Origin: Vicugna vicugna
Lineage: Eukaryota
Length of the DNA stretch: 57,349 nucleotides
Reading direction: 5' to 3'
Assembly (NCBI GenBank): GCA_013265495.1
Contig: MU057801.1
Coordinates: 2,450,301 to 2,507,649 of the forward strand
Of the stretch, positions 11,481-24,700 are shown piece by piece. The notes beneath the pieces are model-generated. The model saw only the letters and a list, made by a program, of their open reading frames with translations. It was not told the DNA's origin and did not search any database. The stretch's first letter is position 1, and every line of letters starts with the position of its first letter. A program made the translations under genes and the position numbers.

Positions 11481-14400
11481 TGAGCACAGTTCTCCAGAGA
11501 CTCAGACACACGGCAGACGTCACCGTTCCCAGAGCTGCCGGAGAAACAGGGGCCCCAGAGGACACGCAGCAGGTGAGCGAGGGTTCACGGGCACGATACA
11601 GAGCAAACAGACGGGAAAAAAACACACTTCCCCGAGTGGAATCAAACACAGCTTCCTGAAGTAAAGAGCTGAACCTGCAGCTTGAAAGGGCACATCACAC
11701 GGAGACACAGCATCACAGCCCGGGAGGCACACACGCTCGGGGGAAAGCGCGGCGAACGCCGCCTGAGCCCCGGGAACATCCCTGCTCCCGGATGGCGTGC
11801 GCTTCCTCCACCCGACTGTCTGTGGCCTTGGAGCCTTTGGGGTTGGCGTTTGCGAACGTCTCTGTTTTCCATCCCCTCCACCTTCTGCTTCACAGTCGGC
11901 GAGATGGTTGCCCTCTAGCCTCACGAATGGTTTTATCTTAACTTGAGAAATACTCCTTTTCACAACCAAGAATATTTTCTGGTTCTTCCACCTTCTCCTG
12001 CAGGCTGCCTTGTCTCCGCGACGAAGTTTCTCAAGGACATCAGAAGACATTTTGCATTTTTGAAAAGGTTCCCCTCTGAACTGTCACTTTCCTGCGGAGT
12101 GAGTGACGCCCCCCTTGGCTGCTGCCCTCGGAGTGCCGGCTCCTCCGGGCCTGGCCCGGGTGCGCCCGCCCGTCAGAGTGGGCACGACCACGCCGGCGTG
12201 TCAGCACCCCCGCCTCCTGCCCGTCACAGAGGTGGCCGGCACTCTGAGTTCTGGGGTGAAGACACATCGGTTTATCCTTCATGGGCACATGTTTAAATGA
12301 TACAGCGCTGCTTTGTAATTGCTTGTTAATTGTATAAAATGCTATCAAAATTATGTTTCTCCAGGGACCTGAGTTTTTCTTCCACTGACTGACTCTGTGG
12401 CTCTCCCTTGTGGGGTGGAGCTGACTCCTGTTACGAGGTGATGTTAACCCGGTTGACCTTCCACACGGGGAGCGGACTGCCACCTCCTTCCCCAAGCTGC
12501 CCTTTCCTCCCCAGGGCCCGCGATGCACCTGGGTTTCTGCTCTACCTCCATCTTCCCTCCTGCTCGAATGTCCGCAGCCCCTTAGCAGCAGCGGGTAGGC
12601 AGGGTGGTCCGTCCGCCATCTCCTCCTCCTTCAGGACTGTCTTGTCCGGTCTGACCTTCCTCATCCACTGAGTCCCCGAAACCTAAAATCTTGTTCACAA
12701 GGAAACGCCTGTCGAGGTTTTGATTATAACTGCCCTTGAGGAGAACTGGCGTCTCGATCGTGTGGGGACTCCCTGCAAATCACAGGCCAGGCAGTGTTCA
12801 CGTGCCTTTCTGACATCTCTAAGTTATCAGAATCTTTTTGAGCAAGGGGGGGGGGGATTGCTTGAGCTCAGGTCAGCACCTGGAGCCGGAAGTCCCTCTA
12901 CAACAGTGTTTCGTGGAGTTAGACTCAATATCCAGCCAGTGGAAGTGAAGCACAGGAGGAGGGGGCGGGGAGAGGACCGCGCGCCAGGCGCTCGCTCTGT
13001 GGGGCCTGAGGCCCGCCGGCTGTGACGCACGTAGCACCTCAGTCTGTTCCCACTGAAGCCCTCTCGTGTGTGTGGCGGGGTCATGAAATCACATCCTGCG
13101 CTCGCACAGAGCCAGGACCCGGGGCAGGCCACCTGACCCAAGCCAGGGCTCCCCCGGCGCATCACGACGCGCTCGCTAGGAGAACTTACACACTCTGCAC
13201 CACCCCCTTCGGGTTTGTAACCCAGCTGTCGTCTCGGCCGAGATGCCCCATCACAGCCACAAGTGGTACAAACATGGTTTACAGTGAGACCCAGCCCAGG
13301 CTGATAAAACATTAGTAACTTCCCCAAAATGTAGGTCCACCGGCCGGTGTGGCAGCTGCCAAGAGGAGCTGGGTTCTCCCCGCAGCGAAGGCTGGCAAGC
13401 TGGCCTCGCGGAGGAAGGCCGGGGGCCTGCGGGGCCCGAGACGCCCCCAGGAGGGCGCAGCTGCTGCAGGGCGTGGCAAAGGACTCTGCTTTCCCGTGGT
13501 CTCTGCGGTCAGGCCTCGCTCCATAGCCGAGGGGCGATGTGCCACTGGCGGAAAGAAATTGCATTACAGGCCAGCACTGTCTCTGCCGTCCTGCGTTTCT
13601 GGCTGGGTAATAACCCGCTATGACTATGTATGTACCTCTAAGTGGGAACAGAGGAGCGTTAATTCCATTAACTTTCCCTGGAAATGCGGAGTGTGACTCA
13701 GCTCCAGCTCAAGGATGCGTCTTGTGATGAAACTGTGGTGTTTGGAGCATTGTTTTGTGGAGCTGTCACAAAATAATGCCTTGATGAGATTTTTATTTTA
13801 TGCCTCCAGTCCAGGCTCCCCAGCTCGACGAACGTGAGAGGAAATGACACAAAGAACTTTCTTCCCTCTGAACGCGTGACAGGCCCCGGAACTCCTGCCC
13901 CCACTCCGGAGATGTGCCCTCAGCCCTGATAAAATTTAGCCTCTAACTTAATTTTGTTCCCTCCTTTCCAACAAAAATTTTTTTTAACTGATGCATAAGG
14001 TCTACCAGCCACAGACACCGTTTTTAGACGGTCCTGGGTCCCATGGTTTTGCACAGGATGTGAACATGGGCCAACACCGTGCGGGAGCCAGAAGCCAGAC
14101 CAGGGCCAAGTCTAACCGCGTAAACTCTCGTGCTTTGGTTGTCACAGCACGCCGCTCTTGGGGTGCGTAACAGAATCTGACTTCAGGACCCAGACATTGA
14201 GCAGCTTAGTTATATCGACCTGAGACCCCATTCCGGACCCAGCAGCCAGAAGCACGCGGCCACCCACCACCCGCCCCCCCGCCTCTACACACCTGCCTCA
14301 CTTCCGTCCGCAGACGGCCTCCTCCCCCGGCCAGTGCTCTCCCGTGACCCCCGTGTCCACAGCCTGAGACAAGTGAGTGTCCAGCTCAGGTCTGCACAGA

Positions 14401-14551
14401 CCTGGCATCTCTGCCCCGTTTCACCCCTCAGGGGGCGTTCACCTGGCTGAGCTGGTCCCTCGGCGGGGGCCGAGGAGTGGACACTGTGAGGAGTTAGGAC
14501 GGTTTCTTCCTGACTGCAGCTGGCAAGACGGGAGGAGGGGAGTTAGAGATG

Positions 14552-14982
14552 AGGGCTGGAGGAAAAGCCAGGTCCCCCGGACGTCACGCCTTAATCCCAC
14601 ACCTGAGACTATGTCACCGCACACACGGAGGAAGCCTGGGTGTGATGAAGGTCTTGAGATGAGAAGATGATCGTGGGCCACGCAGGAGGCCAGCCGACAT
14701 CACAAGCTCCTCACAGGAGGGGGGCCAGAGGTCGGAGTTGGAGAAGCAGGTGTGATGACAGAAGAGGTCAGAGAGACAAGGCCACAAGCCAAGGAACGCT
14801 GGCGCGTCTGGAAGCCAGAAGAGGCGAGGACCAGGTTCTCCCCAGAGCCTCCGAGGGAACCCTGATGCTGGCCCAGAGAGACGCCTGTGGGCCCTCTGAC
14901 CTCCAGAACGTGCGTGCACATGTCTGCTGTCTGAGCTACTCGGTTAGCGCTGCTTCGTCATAGTCGCCACAGGAAGTCGTGC
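14552..14982 (+). mobile_element. MaLR solo LTR, MLT1D-like
   Basis: Landmarks in the expected order: ccttaatccc, ggtcttgagatgagaagat, ccacaagccaaggaacgc, ggttctcccagagcctcc, ctctgacctccagaac. Confidence 0.85.
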
Positions 14983-15057
14983 GGGGTAGACGTGGTTGGA
15001 CTCTCCAGTTGTAATCCAGCTGCCCTTCCGTTTCTGTGGTTCATTCAGGTTTCCCCA

Positions 15058-15078
15058 TGTGTGTGTGTGTGTGTGTGT
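15058..15078. repeat. (TG)n microsatellite
   Basis: About 10 perfect TG units. Confidence 0.95.
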
Positions 15079-15089
15079 TGTGTATGCCA

Positions 15090-15328
15090 AACCACCACGT
15101 GAACAAGCCCAGGCCACTCCACCTCCCCAGCTGACACCACCGATCACCATGAGGTCATCTCAGACCCGCCAAAGTCCACCCCAGGCGCGTGAGGGACCCC
15201 AGCTAAGACCAGACAGGACCGGGCAGGTCAGCAGAGCTACCGGGGCTCACGAGCATTAACACATACTCAGTGCTTTAAGCCACTACGTTGTGGGAAGATT
15301 TGTTACGTAGCAAAAGCTAGCTGGTACA
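15090..15328 (+). mobile_element. Old MaLR LTR 3' part (MLT1G/H-like)
   Basis: Typical MLT1 terminus tgctttaagccactacgttgtgggaagatttgttacgtagcaaaagctagctggtaca. Confidence 0.7.
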
Positions 15329-15389
15329 TCTTCTCGGTCTAATGAGGATGCTGGCAGGCTCCAGGAGGCTCTGCCTGGGGTAACATTAT

Positions 15390-15465
15390 TTAGTCTCAGT
15401 CAGAGTCACAATTAATTTGATCGCAAGTGACAGAAACTGAACAAAACCTGGCCTACCCAAAAGGG
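15390..15465 (-). mobile_element. MaLR LTR end fragment (MLT1J/K-like)
   Basis: tcgcaagtgacagaaactgaacaaaacctggcctacccaaaaggg resembles the antisense MLT1J/K terminus. Confidence 0.5.
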
Positions 15466-18400
15466 CTGAGGGCCAGCAAGGGGAGGCGGCGTCCCTGTGT
15501 GTGCGCGTGGTAGGCTGGGCGTGAGGCGGAGAAGCGGGGTGGTGGGAAGCGTTGCGGGGAGCGTCAGGAGAGCCACCCTGTGGTCCCGACCTGCGGTCTG
15601 AAGTGTTCAGCTTGTCCTGGACCTGAGATTGTGGGTCTTCACAGGCGCTCTGGGGACTCAGGAGGCTGGCTGCTTGTGGCAGTGATCTGGGGGGCCTTCA
15701 TGCTGCTCGGGGATTGCAGGTCGGTGACACCCAACTCCTTGCAACGCACAGGACAGGTGTGCTGTCAGCGGGAAAATCAACAGCAGCTGCCAGGTCAGAA
15801 AGCACGGATTCTCAGGGTATCACCCAGTGCAGGGTTTTCTCCTGCTTGTGGGGGGCCCCATACCGGTCTGCGCCCCCGTCCTGGCCCCCAGATCCCTGTG
15901 GGTCACTGGGGCAGCCCAGCATGCCCACCGGTCACTCCCACCTCCAGTCCCCAGGCCAGAACCCGTCCCAGGCCCACAGCCTACCCACCAGGGAGGCTGG
16001 AGACCCGGGGGCCCAGGCAGATGCAGGGCGCCGCCCCTGCTGACGTCTCCCGTGGCAGGGTTGTTCTGTCCTGCCTGAGACCCAGGGCCTTGAAAAGGCT
16101 TCCAGTCACCTGCAGGCTAAAGCGGCGTGACGTTCCACAGGGACACACAGGTTAACCCTCGTCCAGTTTTAAAAGCCCTGAAGTGGGAATGCTAAAGTCA
16201 GGTAAGCTGAGGGAGATGGTACTGTCTTGCACCTTCCCCAGACGTCGGCGACTAGTTTGGAAAATGATGGCACCGGTGACAAAGCTGCTTAGACCTGATT
16301 TGCAAATAAACCCTCAGCGTGGGTCTCATTTTGTGGTCGTGTCTGTGGTGAGGCCGCCCACAGGTGCAGGCACCTGACAGCTTCCGCCCGAGCGGTTCTG
16401 CCTGGAAACCCAGATCGTTGTTACGTCTCATCTACAGGGTCGTTAGGGCGCAACTGTTGAGAAACTGCGCACGTGGGTGGATACACCACCTACTGATTTT
16501 ACTTCAGGACAGAAATTGGGGCGCCGCGTCGTGTCTGTGCTAAAGGGGTCCAGGGGCCTGATGGGCCTGAGACCCCTGATTCAGAGGGGGGTGGTCTAAT
16601 TTAATGCCAGTGTGAGCAGGCGCCTGGCAGGGGACACGGGGAGGCAGGAGGTCACGTGACGGAGGCAAGCCCAGGAGTGTGCGGCTTTCTTCCTCCTCTT
16701 CTTCCTTAGAGGAAATGAGAACACAGTTCTGTGTGGAGCCCTGACTTCCAGGAGACCCGGGCGTGGGGCCAGATGCCGTCTCAGTCGTGGTTTGAGGAGA
16801 GTTGGTCCTGGGCGTCCTGCGGGCGCACAGTAGGTGTGCACAAAGCACATTTGCTGAATGCAGGGGCTGCCTCGCCTCTCGTGGAGCCGGCTGAGGCCTC
16901 GGTGTGGAAGGTCCTCTTTACTCTGGTCTCCAGACTGGAAGCGGCGGCCGCAGCGAGACGCAGAGGGTCCGGGTGGAGGGGGAAGGGGCCTGGATCCCGT
17001 GCCTGCTGTGACGCGCTGCACACACATGAGGGTCCCTCGGGCTCTGGCGGAGGGTGGGTTCAATGCTGCCTGAGAGACGGGGCTGAGCGGCCGCTCATCC
17101 CCAGGCTAGAGCCCGAGCTGCGGGCGCGGGGAGGCAGAGTGTGGGGACGACAGAGGCGCGGGAGACGCTCCGAGGACCGCAGCACCTGGTCGTTCGAGGC
17201 CCTGCACACAGGACACAGCCTCTTGTGCCTGAACCGGAGCGGGCGTGCTGTGGGTCGGCCCCGAGCGACACCCGACGCTCGAGGTGTTGGGAAGACACTG
17301 ACTGAACTCAGAACCCTTCGGTCCAGTGGCAGATGGCGGAACCACACGTTTCAGAAAGATTTCCATGCAAATGTTTAACTGCAGTTGTGAGACTACAGTA
17401 AGTTTCTCTCATCTAGAATATTTAGTTCCTTGCTGATGCAGGATGTAATTATTTTTTCTCCAGTTTCATTATTAAAACAAAAACTGGGCTGGGGGCCTCT
17501 GGGTTCCATCCTTCAGTACAACTGTGGCTGGAGTGAGCTCCGTGGAGCGCAGGCTGGGGACGCCGGACGTGCCCTGGCACTCAGGGTGTGAGTCCAGGAT
17601 GGCCATGAAGCAGAGGAGCGATGGTTCTCTAGTCGAGGATGGTGGCTCGGTGGCTGGGTCCCCCAGGTCTCCTGGGTCCCTCTGACCCTGTGCCCTACAC
17701 CTGGCTTGGGCTCTGGCGGCTGCACCTGCAGCTTCCTTCCAGGATAGCCAGTGGGGACGGCATCCTCAGGGCGCTGAGCAGAAGTGCTTGGGGTCCACAC
17801 CCGTGCGGCAGTGGTCCTGCCAGACTGCGGGGACACAGGAAAGCCGGGCCCCTGTCCTCAGGGAAGGATGGACTCAGGGGCGATCAGGGCTCTGGAGCTC
17901 CCCGCAGGCCAGGCTGCGCCCGGGACGCGGTCCCGCCTTGCTGGGCAACGTCCCCATGCTCCTGCCTCTCCCTCCTGCTTCCTCCCCACCCCCTCCCCCG
18001 ATTCTCAGCCTTCCCGCCCCGCAATAAAACACTGCTCAGTGTCGGCTCCAGGGGAGCCTGACCTCGGCCAGGAGGGGCAGACGATTAAGTTGGGAGCAGA
18101 GTCCCCGCTTTCGCTCAAAACGCAGGGTCTTTTCTGCTTCATTTTAACGAAGCCAAGCCCCTGAAGGTTAGTCTCAGTCCCAGCGTCGTGTCTCTTTTCC
18201 ACAAAGCCTTGACGTGGCATCGGGTCGAGGGCGGGAAGGCCCGAAGCCTCGTGGCTCTGCTGTGTCTGAGGCTGTCTGGGGGTCACAGGCCAGACACAGA
18301 TGCACGGGGCAGGCGGCCGGCCGCTGCATGGGTCCTGATCCCAGCGTCACGATAAACCCGGCAGGTGTTCGAGTCTGACCTTCAGTTTGAGAATCCCGGT

Positions 18401-18659
18401 GTCTGCAAACTTGTCTCATCATGTATCGCTGCAGGTAGTAGCTGTAATCGTGTGCCATGAAGTCTGCGTGTGTGCGTGGACTCTGAGCTGGTACCTACAT
18501 TTAAAACACACGAGAATAGACACAGAGGACGTTTAAACATTGAACTTACTACCAGCGGCGCAGGGTCTCTTACTAACGAGGCTGTGTTTCAGCAAGAGCA
18601 GTAGGTCAAGTATGCGTCAAACGTTCTGAAAAAAACGCTGACATTCCACGACAGAGCGA

Positions 18660-18830
18660 CTTGGGGTATATTTTAATCGACTAGTTTTGATACCTGGTCT
18701 CAAATGTCCTCCAGGTATAAAGCGCCACTCCTGCCCTCAGAGCCCTGACACCCACGTTCAGTCCCGTCTCCCCGTCACATGAAGGGGTTTATTTTGCTGT
18801 AAATTTCTGCCCTCCGTGTTGACTCCACGT
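18660..18830 (-). mobile_element. Diverged L1ME-like fragment
   Basis: gggtatattttaat...ttttgata...caaatgtcctcca...aaatttctgcc follows the antisense order of old L1 ORF2 3' sequence. Confidence 0.4.
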
Positions 18831-19019
18831 ACAACCTCATAACCCACAGAATCTTTTCATCTAGAAGATTTTTAAAGTTTGAATAACATATGCAGGTAGG
18901 ACTGACATTGAAGTGGTATGTGTCTGTCATTTGCAGTAATAAAACGACATGACAATCAGATGTTTCCAGTGTCCATTCACGGCGCCTCTCCCGCCCGCGG
19001 TGAGTTCTCCTGAAGGAGT

Positions 19020-19545
19020 GGCTTCTCCGGACTCCCTGTCAGAGCAGCGCCCGGGGCGGGCGGACTGGGTCGACTCTGCCCGGAGCTGCCGGCTGACCAG
19101 CTGGCCGGGAAGTCGGCCACACTGTTCTTCGGTGATAGAAGCCCATTGGTCCAGGGAGCTTGTGGGACGGGGGACGGGAAGCCCTGCGCCGTCTGCTGAG
19201 GGGGCGACCCCGCCGCCCCGAGCTGCGGGGCGGTGGACCAGCGCCCCGCTCCCGGCTCGTGCTGGGCAGAGGGGGCCATGCAGGCGGGAGAGGCGGCAGC
19301 TCGCGGCTCGCGCTGGGCAGAGGGGCCGTGCAGGGAGGGGGCGGCAGCGGCGAGGCCGCCTGCGCTGGGCTTTCCTGCACCGACGTGCGGGTCTGCTGCA
19401 GGAGCCGGAAGTATCGGGAGAACCGCTGCAACCGCCTGCATTTCAGCCCAGGAGCAAGAAGGAACCTCACACACGCGAAGTCGGGAGCAAGAGGGAAGGG
19501 GAGCGGCTCCCCACGCGGCCCCCGCACGCACCACCCTCAGTCGCG
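19020..19545. other. CpG-island-like GC peak
   Basis: Very dense CpG and GC runs (ccggggcgggcgg, cgccgccccgagctgcggggcgg). No linked exon seen. Confidence 0.4.
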
Positions 19546-21607
19546 AGCTTTGTTTATGTGAGAGATTCAGAGGGTTTGATTTCCCCCAAATTATCCTTCA
19601 CGACAACACCCCAGTGATGCAGGCCCCGCGGCTGGAGCACTAGACCCCAGGAAGCACTGTCTCGGGGGTCCCAGGATCTCCGTGGATACAAGGTGAGGCA
19701 CTGTGCCGGCCCCGCCGGGAGCTGTGCGGGACTCGGGTTGTTCTGGGCAGGACCTCCTGCGCGGCCCCTCCTGAGACTTCGCCCCACACCTGCTCCCGCA
19801 GGGCCCTCCCCTCCGTCAGGCCGGCGCCCCGAGCCCTCCGCCGCCGCCGCTCACAGACCAGCACGCGGGACCCAGAGGGTTCTCACCTCGCTTTCGCTTT
19901 CGTAGGCTCTGTTTTCCCCTGAAATAGATGCTTTGTTTGCGCTGTCTTTAACTTAGCCTGGGGACTGTAGGTTTTCTTTTGGAACAGATTTCCAAGCAAT
20001 TTAAACATTTACACACGTAGCTTCTCTCTGAAGCACTGTAAACACGGAGCAGATTGAGAAATAAAACAACCCGGCACCTCGCGGCAGGAAGGCAGGAGCA
20101 GCAGGCGTGTGCCGTGTGGAGGAACTACTGTGGGGGCAGCCACGGCCCGTGGTCGCCGGTGTCAGGTGGCTGCTGGGGCTCGTGTGGGGCTCAGCTGCCC
20201 TCATGAGGGCCCCTTACCCTCGTCTGGGGCTGCGGGCACTGGCGCCCTGTGCCTTCACCTAGTCCTGCACAGCGGTGCCCAGCATCCCAGACCAGGGCCG
20301 CGTCACTGACGCCCTCCGTAACCTAATCTCCGCGGGGGCATCGGGGGTCGCTCTGGAACGACCCAGTCCTGCCTGTTGAAGCCCCACTAAAAAGCGATTC
20401 TTGAGCCCCGTGGACTCCCATGGCCTCCTCCCTCCCGTCCAGCCTCTGACGCGTTGCTCTTTGTGCCCTGTGTGGCCACCGGTTACATGCACTGCCTTGC
20501 TGAGTCCTCAGAACGCCCTATGACGTGCGACTCTGAGATGAGGCTCCGGAGCGGCCAGGGCTGCTTGGCCCCGTCACCCCTGCCCACCCAGATTCTCCTG
20601 GCGTTTTCCTTCCCTGACTCCACGCCCGGAAACCTGCTGATGAAACCTGCTGAAAACCTAGCCAACAGGGTGCCTTCGGCATGGCGCCTGAGAAGGCGTG
20701 GCCGGCGCGTGCCTCGTGGAGCCGAGGTGGGTTCCAGGCATCACCCTGTGCACCAAGCAGGTGCTCTGTGTCCAGCCCTCAGCCTCTGGACTCGCTCTTC
20801 CTGTCCTGAGAGCAGGTGCAGGCCACCTGGCCCCAGTGGGGACGGGCCAGGGCGGCGAGGAGCCAGCGGCTCTGCGAGCAGCCCTCAGCCCACGGCCTCC
20901 CCGGCAAAGATGCCACATCCCCTGCCCTTCCCGGGCCCCACTCAGTGAGGACACGCCTCATCCGATCCCTCGTCCTGCACACCGTCTCCTGGCTCACCTC
21001 CTGCACTCGCATCCGCCAGCGCCTCTCGTGGGAGCCCAGCCTCGGACAGCAGCTCCCACAAGACAGGCCGCCTCTGGGGTTCAGGCGGACGGGGTGGAGC
21101 CTGCCAGCCTTCCGTCTGCGAGGGCCTCCTGGGGTCAAACTTCTTCCCAAATAGTTCCTCCCTCCGGGTCAGCAGGCCCCTTTTGGGGGTTGGCTGGATG
21201 CTGACGGCTCACACACGTTCACCAGAGAGGGGAGGGAGGCTGATGGCCGGGATGGGTGGGTGATCACCGAAACTACCAGGGAGGGGTGGGTGGACGAGTG
21301 AAATAATCGGAGAAAAGTTAAGGCATTGTACGGTGTGGACTGGCCCCCACCAGCCCATGGACAGGGTTCCGACTCCCAGCTGGAGGCGCTTGCTCCCCCG
21401 ACACCTGCTGGACTCCAGCCAAGGTGGGAACAGGACGGGGCGCCTCACAGCACAGGGCCAAGACGTCTAAAGTCGTAAAGCGATAAGCTACCAAACAAGC
21501 TCCGGCCTGACCTCCGACCTCACATTTGCCCCAGCAGTGATTTAGAAAGACGCCTGTAAGCTGTGCGTTTTTCAGAAGTAGCGTAACCGCGTTTGATACT
21601 TCCTGTA

Positions 21608-21706
21608 TTTTTCATTATTGAAGTCTCATTGACTTACAGATTTGTGCTAGTTTTAGGTGAACAGTATAGTAATTCAGTATTTCTGTAGATTTTATGACTA
21701 AAAGTT
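21608..21706 (-). mobile_element. Short L1 3' terminus (artiodactyl/L1MA-type)
   Basis: ttattgaagtctcattgacttacagatttgtgctagttttaggtgaacagtatagtaattcagtattt matches the antisense L1 3'UTR end. Confidence 0.8.
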
Positions 21707-24700
21707 GACGAGACACCAGAAGCGGCTGCGTCAGTCACTGAACGTGTCTGAATGGCCCGTTTGTGGACGGTGATGTTCACCTTCATTTCAGCAAAGTTAA
21801 GACTGGGTTTCTGGCGGCTTTAACTGCCTTCCGAATGTGTCGTGAACCTGTCGTCAGGGCAGAAAGTTGTGCTTCCGTCTGACCCGTCTCCAGCCCCAGG
21901 ACTCCCCTCTGTCCCGCCAGCTCCTAAACGCCTAGATTCTGGGCTGAGAGCCGACCCCAATGCCCCCCTCTCCCGCCACCTTCTTTGTCCTTCCCTGTGA
22001 TAATCTCTCCACTCGACATGCCTTTACCGCAAAATGATCCTTTAGGGCTGAATGGCTGGATTCATTCATGAACTGCTCGGGAAGCCCCTGCCTGACTCCC
22101 CTGAAGGCTGCACTCTTGTCTTCCTGAGCGTTTCCAAGCACCTTTCATCGCACAAACACCCTTTATCCCAGCAGTTCTCAGGCTGTTTAATGACCTGCTT
22201 CCCCAACCAGACGGCAGGTCCCGGAGGGCGGGCGGGAGCAGCCCCTACTCAGAACTGCATCTGCAGACGCCGCCACGCTCCTTAGACTCTGGTCCCTGAA
22301 AGGCACCTGCAGAGGTGAATGAGTAACTGGGGCTCCGAAAGCGATGTCCTCATCACTTCAGTACTGAAAATTCAGTTTTCTGTCCTGGAAACTTCAGAAC
22401 AGAATAGAAATCAGAGTGCGGGTGGGAAAAGGAGGGGGGCGGTAAAGACAGATGGACGCGTCTGTGTTAAGGCTCCTCTGTGCATGGAGTTTTGAGATGC
22501 ACTTTCCCAGTTAAGGATAACAGAAATGAGACAAGAGCCGGACTCCCCTTCTGCCTTTGGCCGAACATCCCGGGTTCGCCCAGTTCACTACTGAGTGCTC
22601 CTCAGTGCGCGGAACAGTTACGATAGACGAGGTGCCACACGGGCTGAGCCTGCATCCCCGCTCACCTGCTGACGGCGTGACACACCCCAGAGGCCTCATG
22701 GCAAAGCCCCGGGACCGTGGGCCTTGGCTCCCAGCCTGGATCCTTTCTAGGTGGGCCTGAAGCCCAGAGCGACGTGGGCAGCTTGAAACCTCTGTGCATC
22801 AAAGGGTAATGAACAGTCCCCACTGCTCCATGTCTGTCGCTCACAACCACCTGCTCTGCAGTCTGAGGGCAGCCTCCAGGAAAGGCTCCTGCGTGCGGGT
22901 CCCCGGGGCCCACGTGTGCCCGGAGACACTGGTGGCTTCCCTGGGGCTGGGGCCCAAGATGGCCGGCAGGTGTGTGGGCTGTTGGCTCGGGCACCTCGTG
23001 CCCTCCAGGCAGCCTCTCCACAGGGAGGCCGGGCTACGAGAGCGTGGGGGTGAGGACCTCTGCTCTGGGGTGTGCAGGGCACCACCTCCCACACCCGTCA
23101 GTCAGAGCAGGGCCAGGGAGCGCCCAGGCTCCTGATGAGGGAGAGGCAGCACCACACTGCAGCGGGGGCCTGGACTGGACGACCTGCCACCACACAGACC
23201 CGGTCAGTGCAGGCAGTCTTCACTGACCCAGGGCAGCACCAGCTGGGGCCCGGGGCAAAGCAGGGGTTCACAGCATCCCCAGCCGCTGCGATGGTAGCAG
23301 AGCTGGAGTGAGGCACTGGATCAAGATGGAAGCCTCCCTCCGCCCAAGCCTGCGTGCACACCACACGTGCCCCAGACAGGAGACCTGTTTAGAGTCTGAG
23401 CTGGTTCCTGAAACACGTGTCTCCCGCCATCCCCGGAAAGGGCCGGCACAGGGGGCAGGGAAAGGGAGAGTTCAGGGCTGGAATCGGCAGGGCCAGGCAG
23501 TCAGGCGGCGATGTCTGCGGGGATGGAGAAGCTGCCGTGGAAGGAGGTCTCTGATCCCGGCTCGGGGCCACGGGAGGGTGGCCGCCACGTGCTCCAGCCT
23601 AACGCTGCGCACTCCATCAGTGTGTAAGATCAGGAGTGACAGGCAGAAGACAAGTGTGTCTTAACACGTCAGGGTTTGTTTTTTTTTTTTAAAGGCCTAC
23701 ATTTTAGAAGCACCAGGAAGCCCACGGCTCCCAGTCCGACATCACTTGGCTTTGGTGGCTGTGGTGTCAGGAGTCGTCCTGGCCACAGGGTGTTTGTATT
23801 TCTTATGCGTGGAGTCGGGCTGGCTTCTCTGAGTGACCGATGACCTCGTGATGCCGGAACGGGCGGCAGAGGACCTGGGCTGTGCACTGCTCCCCTCTGG
23901 CTGGACTGGAATCAGTGGCGAAAGGCTGGGGTCCCCCATAGAAAGGCTGAGGCCCCAAGACCGCTTCTTCACTTCCATGGCGACGTATTAACGTGGTGCC
24001 TACAGGCTGACAGAAAGTTGAACTTGGTGAGTGAGTTGCTCGTGTCCGTGAACAGGCGGCAGCTTCATCCTGGGAAGCCCACCAACTTGAAATCCCAGCA
24101 AACCCACGCCTGTCGAAGGGCCGCTGCCTCGGCGCCTGCCGGCCGTGCTCTGCTCAGCCTGGGCCAGCAGGGGCGCTGCTCACGCGGCATCCTCGGACGC
24201 GCGGCCTCTCCGTTTGCACGTCAGCTCTGCCTCCCGCGCCTCTCAGGGCAGAAAGCACTTTGCTAATGGAATGAGGGCTTCCTGGTCAGATGCCAGCAAT
24301 GATCCAATAACCCCCCAGAGACTGAACCAAACCCAGCCTCCTTCTGAGCTGAAGTGTTATTGCCAAGCTCACTTCTGCTCCGTCCCCAGAAGATCCTGTT
24401 CCTGACAAGAAAACGCCATTGGCATTTTTCTCTTTTTGACCCAAAGACAGAGGTGGTTTTTCCCAAAGTCGGTAGAAATGATGCCAGTTGGACTGTTTTT
24501 TTTGAGATGAGCCACAGGCAATGTTATTGTGTGTTGACATGTTTTGCCAAAAGCTGGAAAGAACTTTTTAATAAGGCAGAATGTGGTACTTGCATCACTC
24601 GGGCAGTGATCTCAGAAAACATTCATTAAATGATCATAAGACACTCCTCTGAATCTATTACTTAAACACAGGAGACAAAACTCTCTCTTCTTGATGCAGC

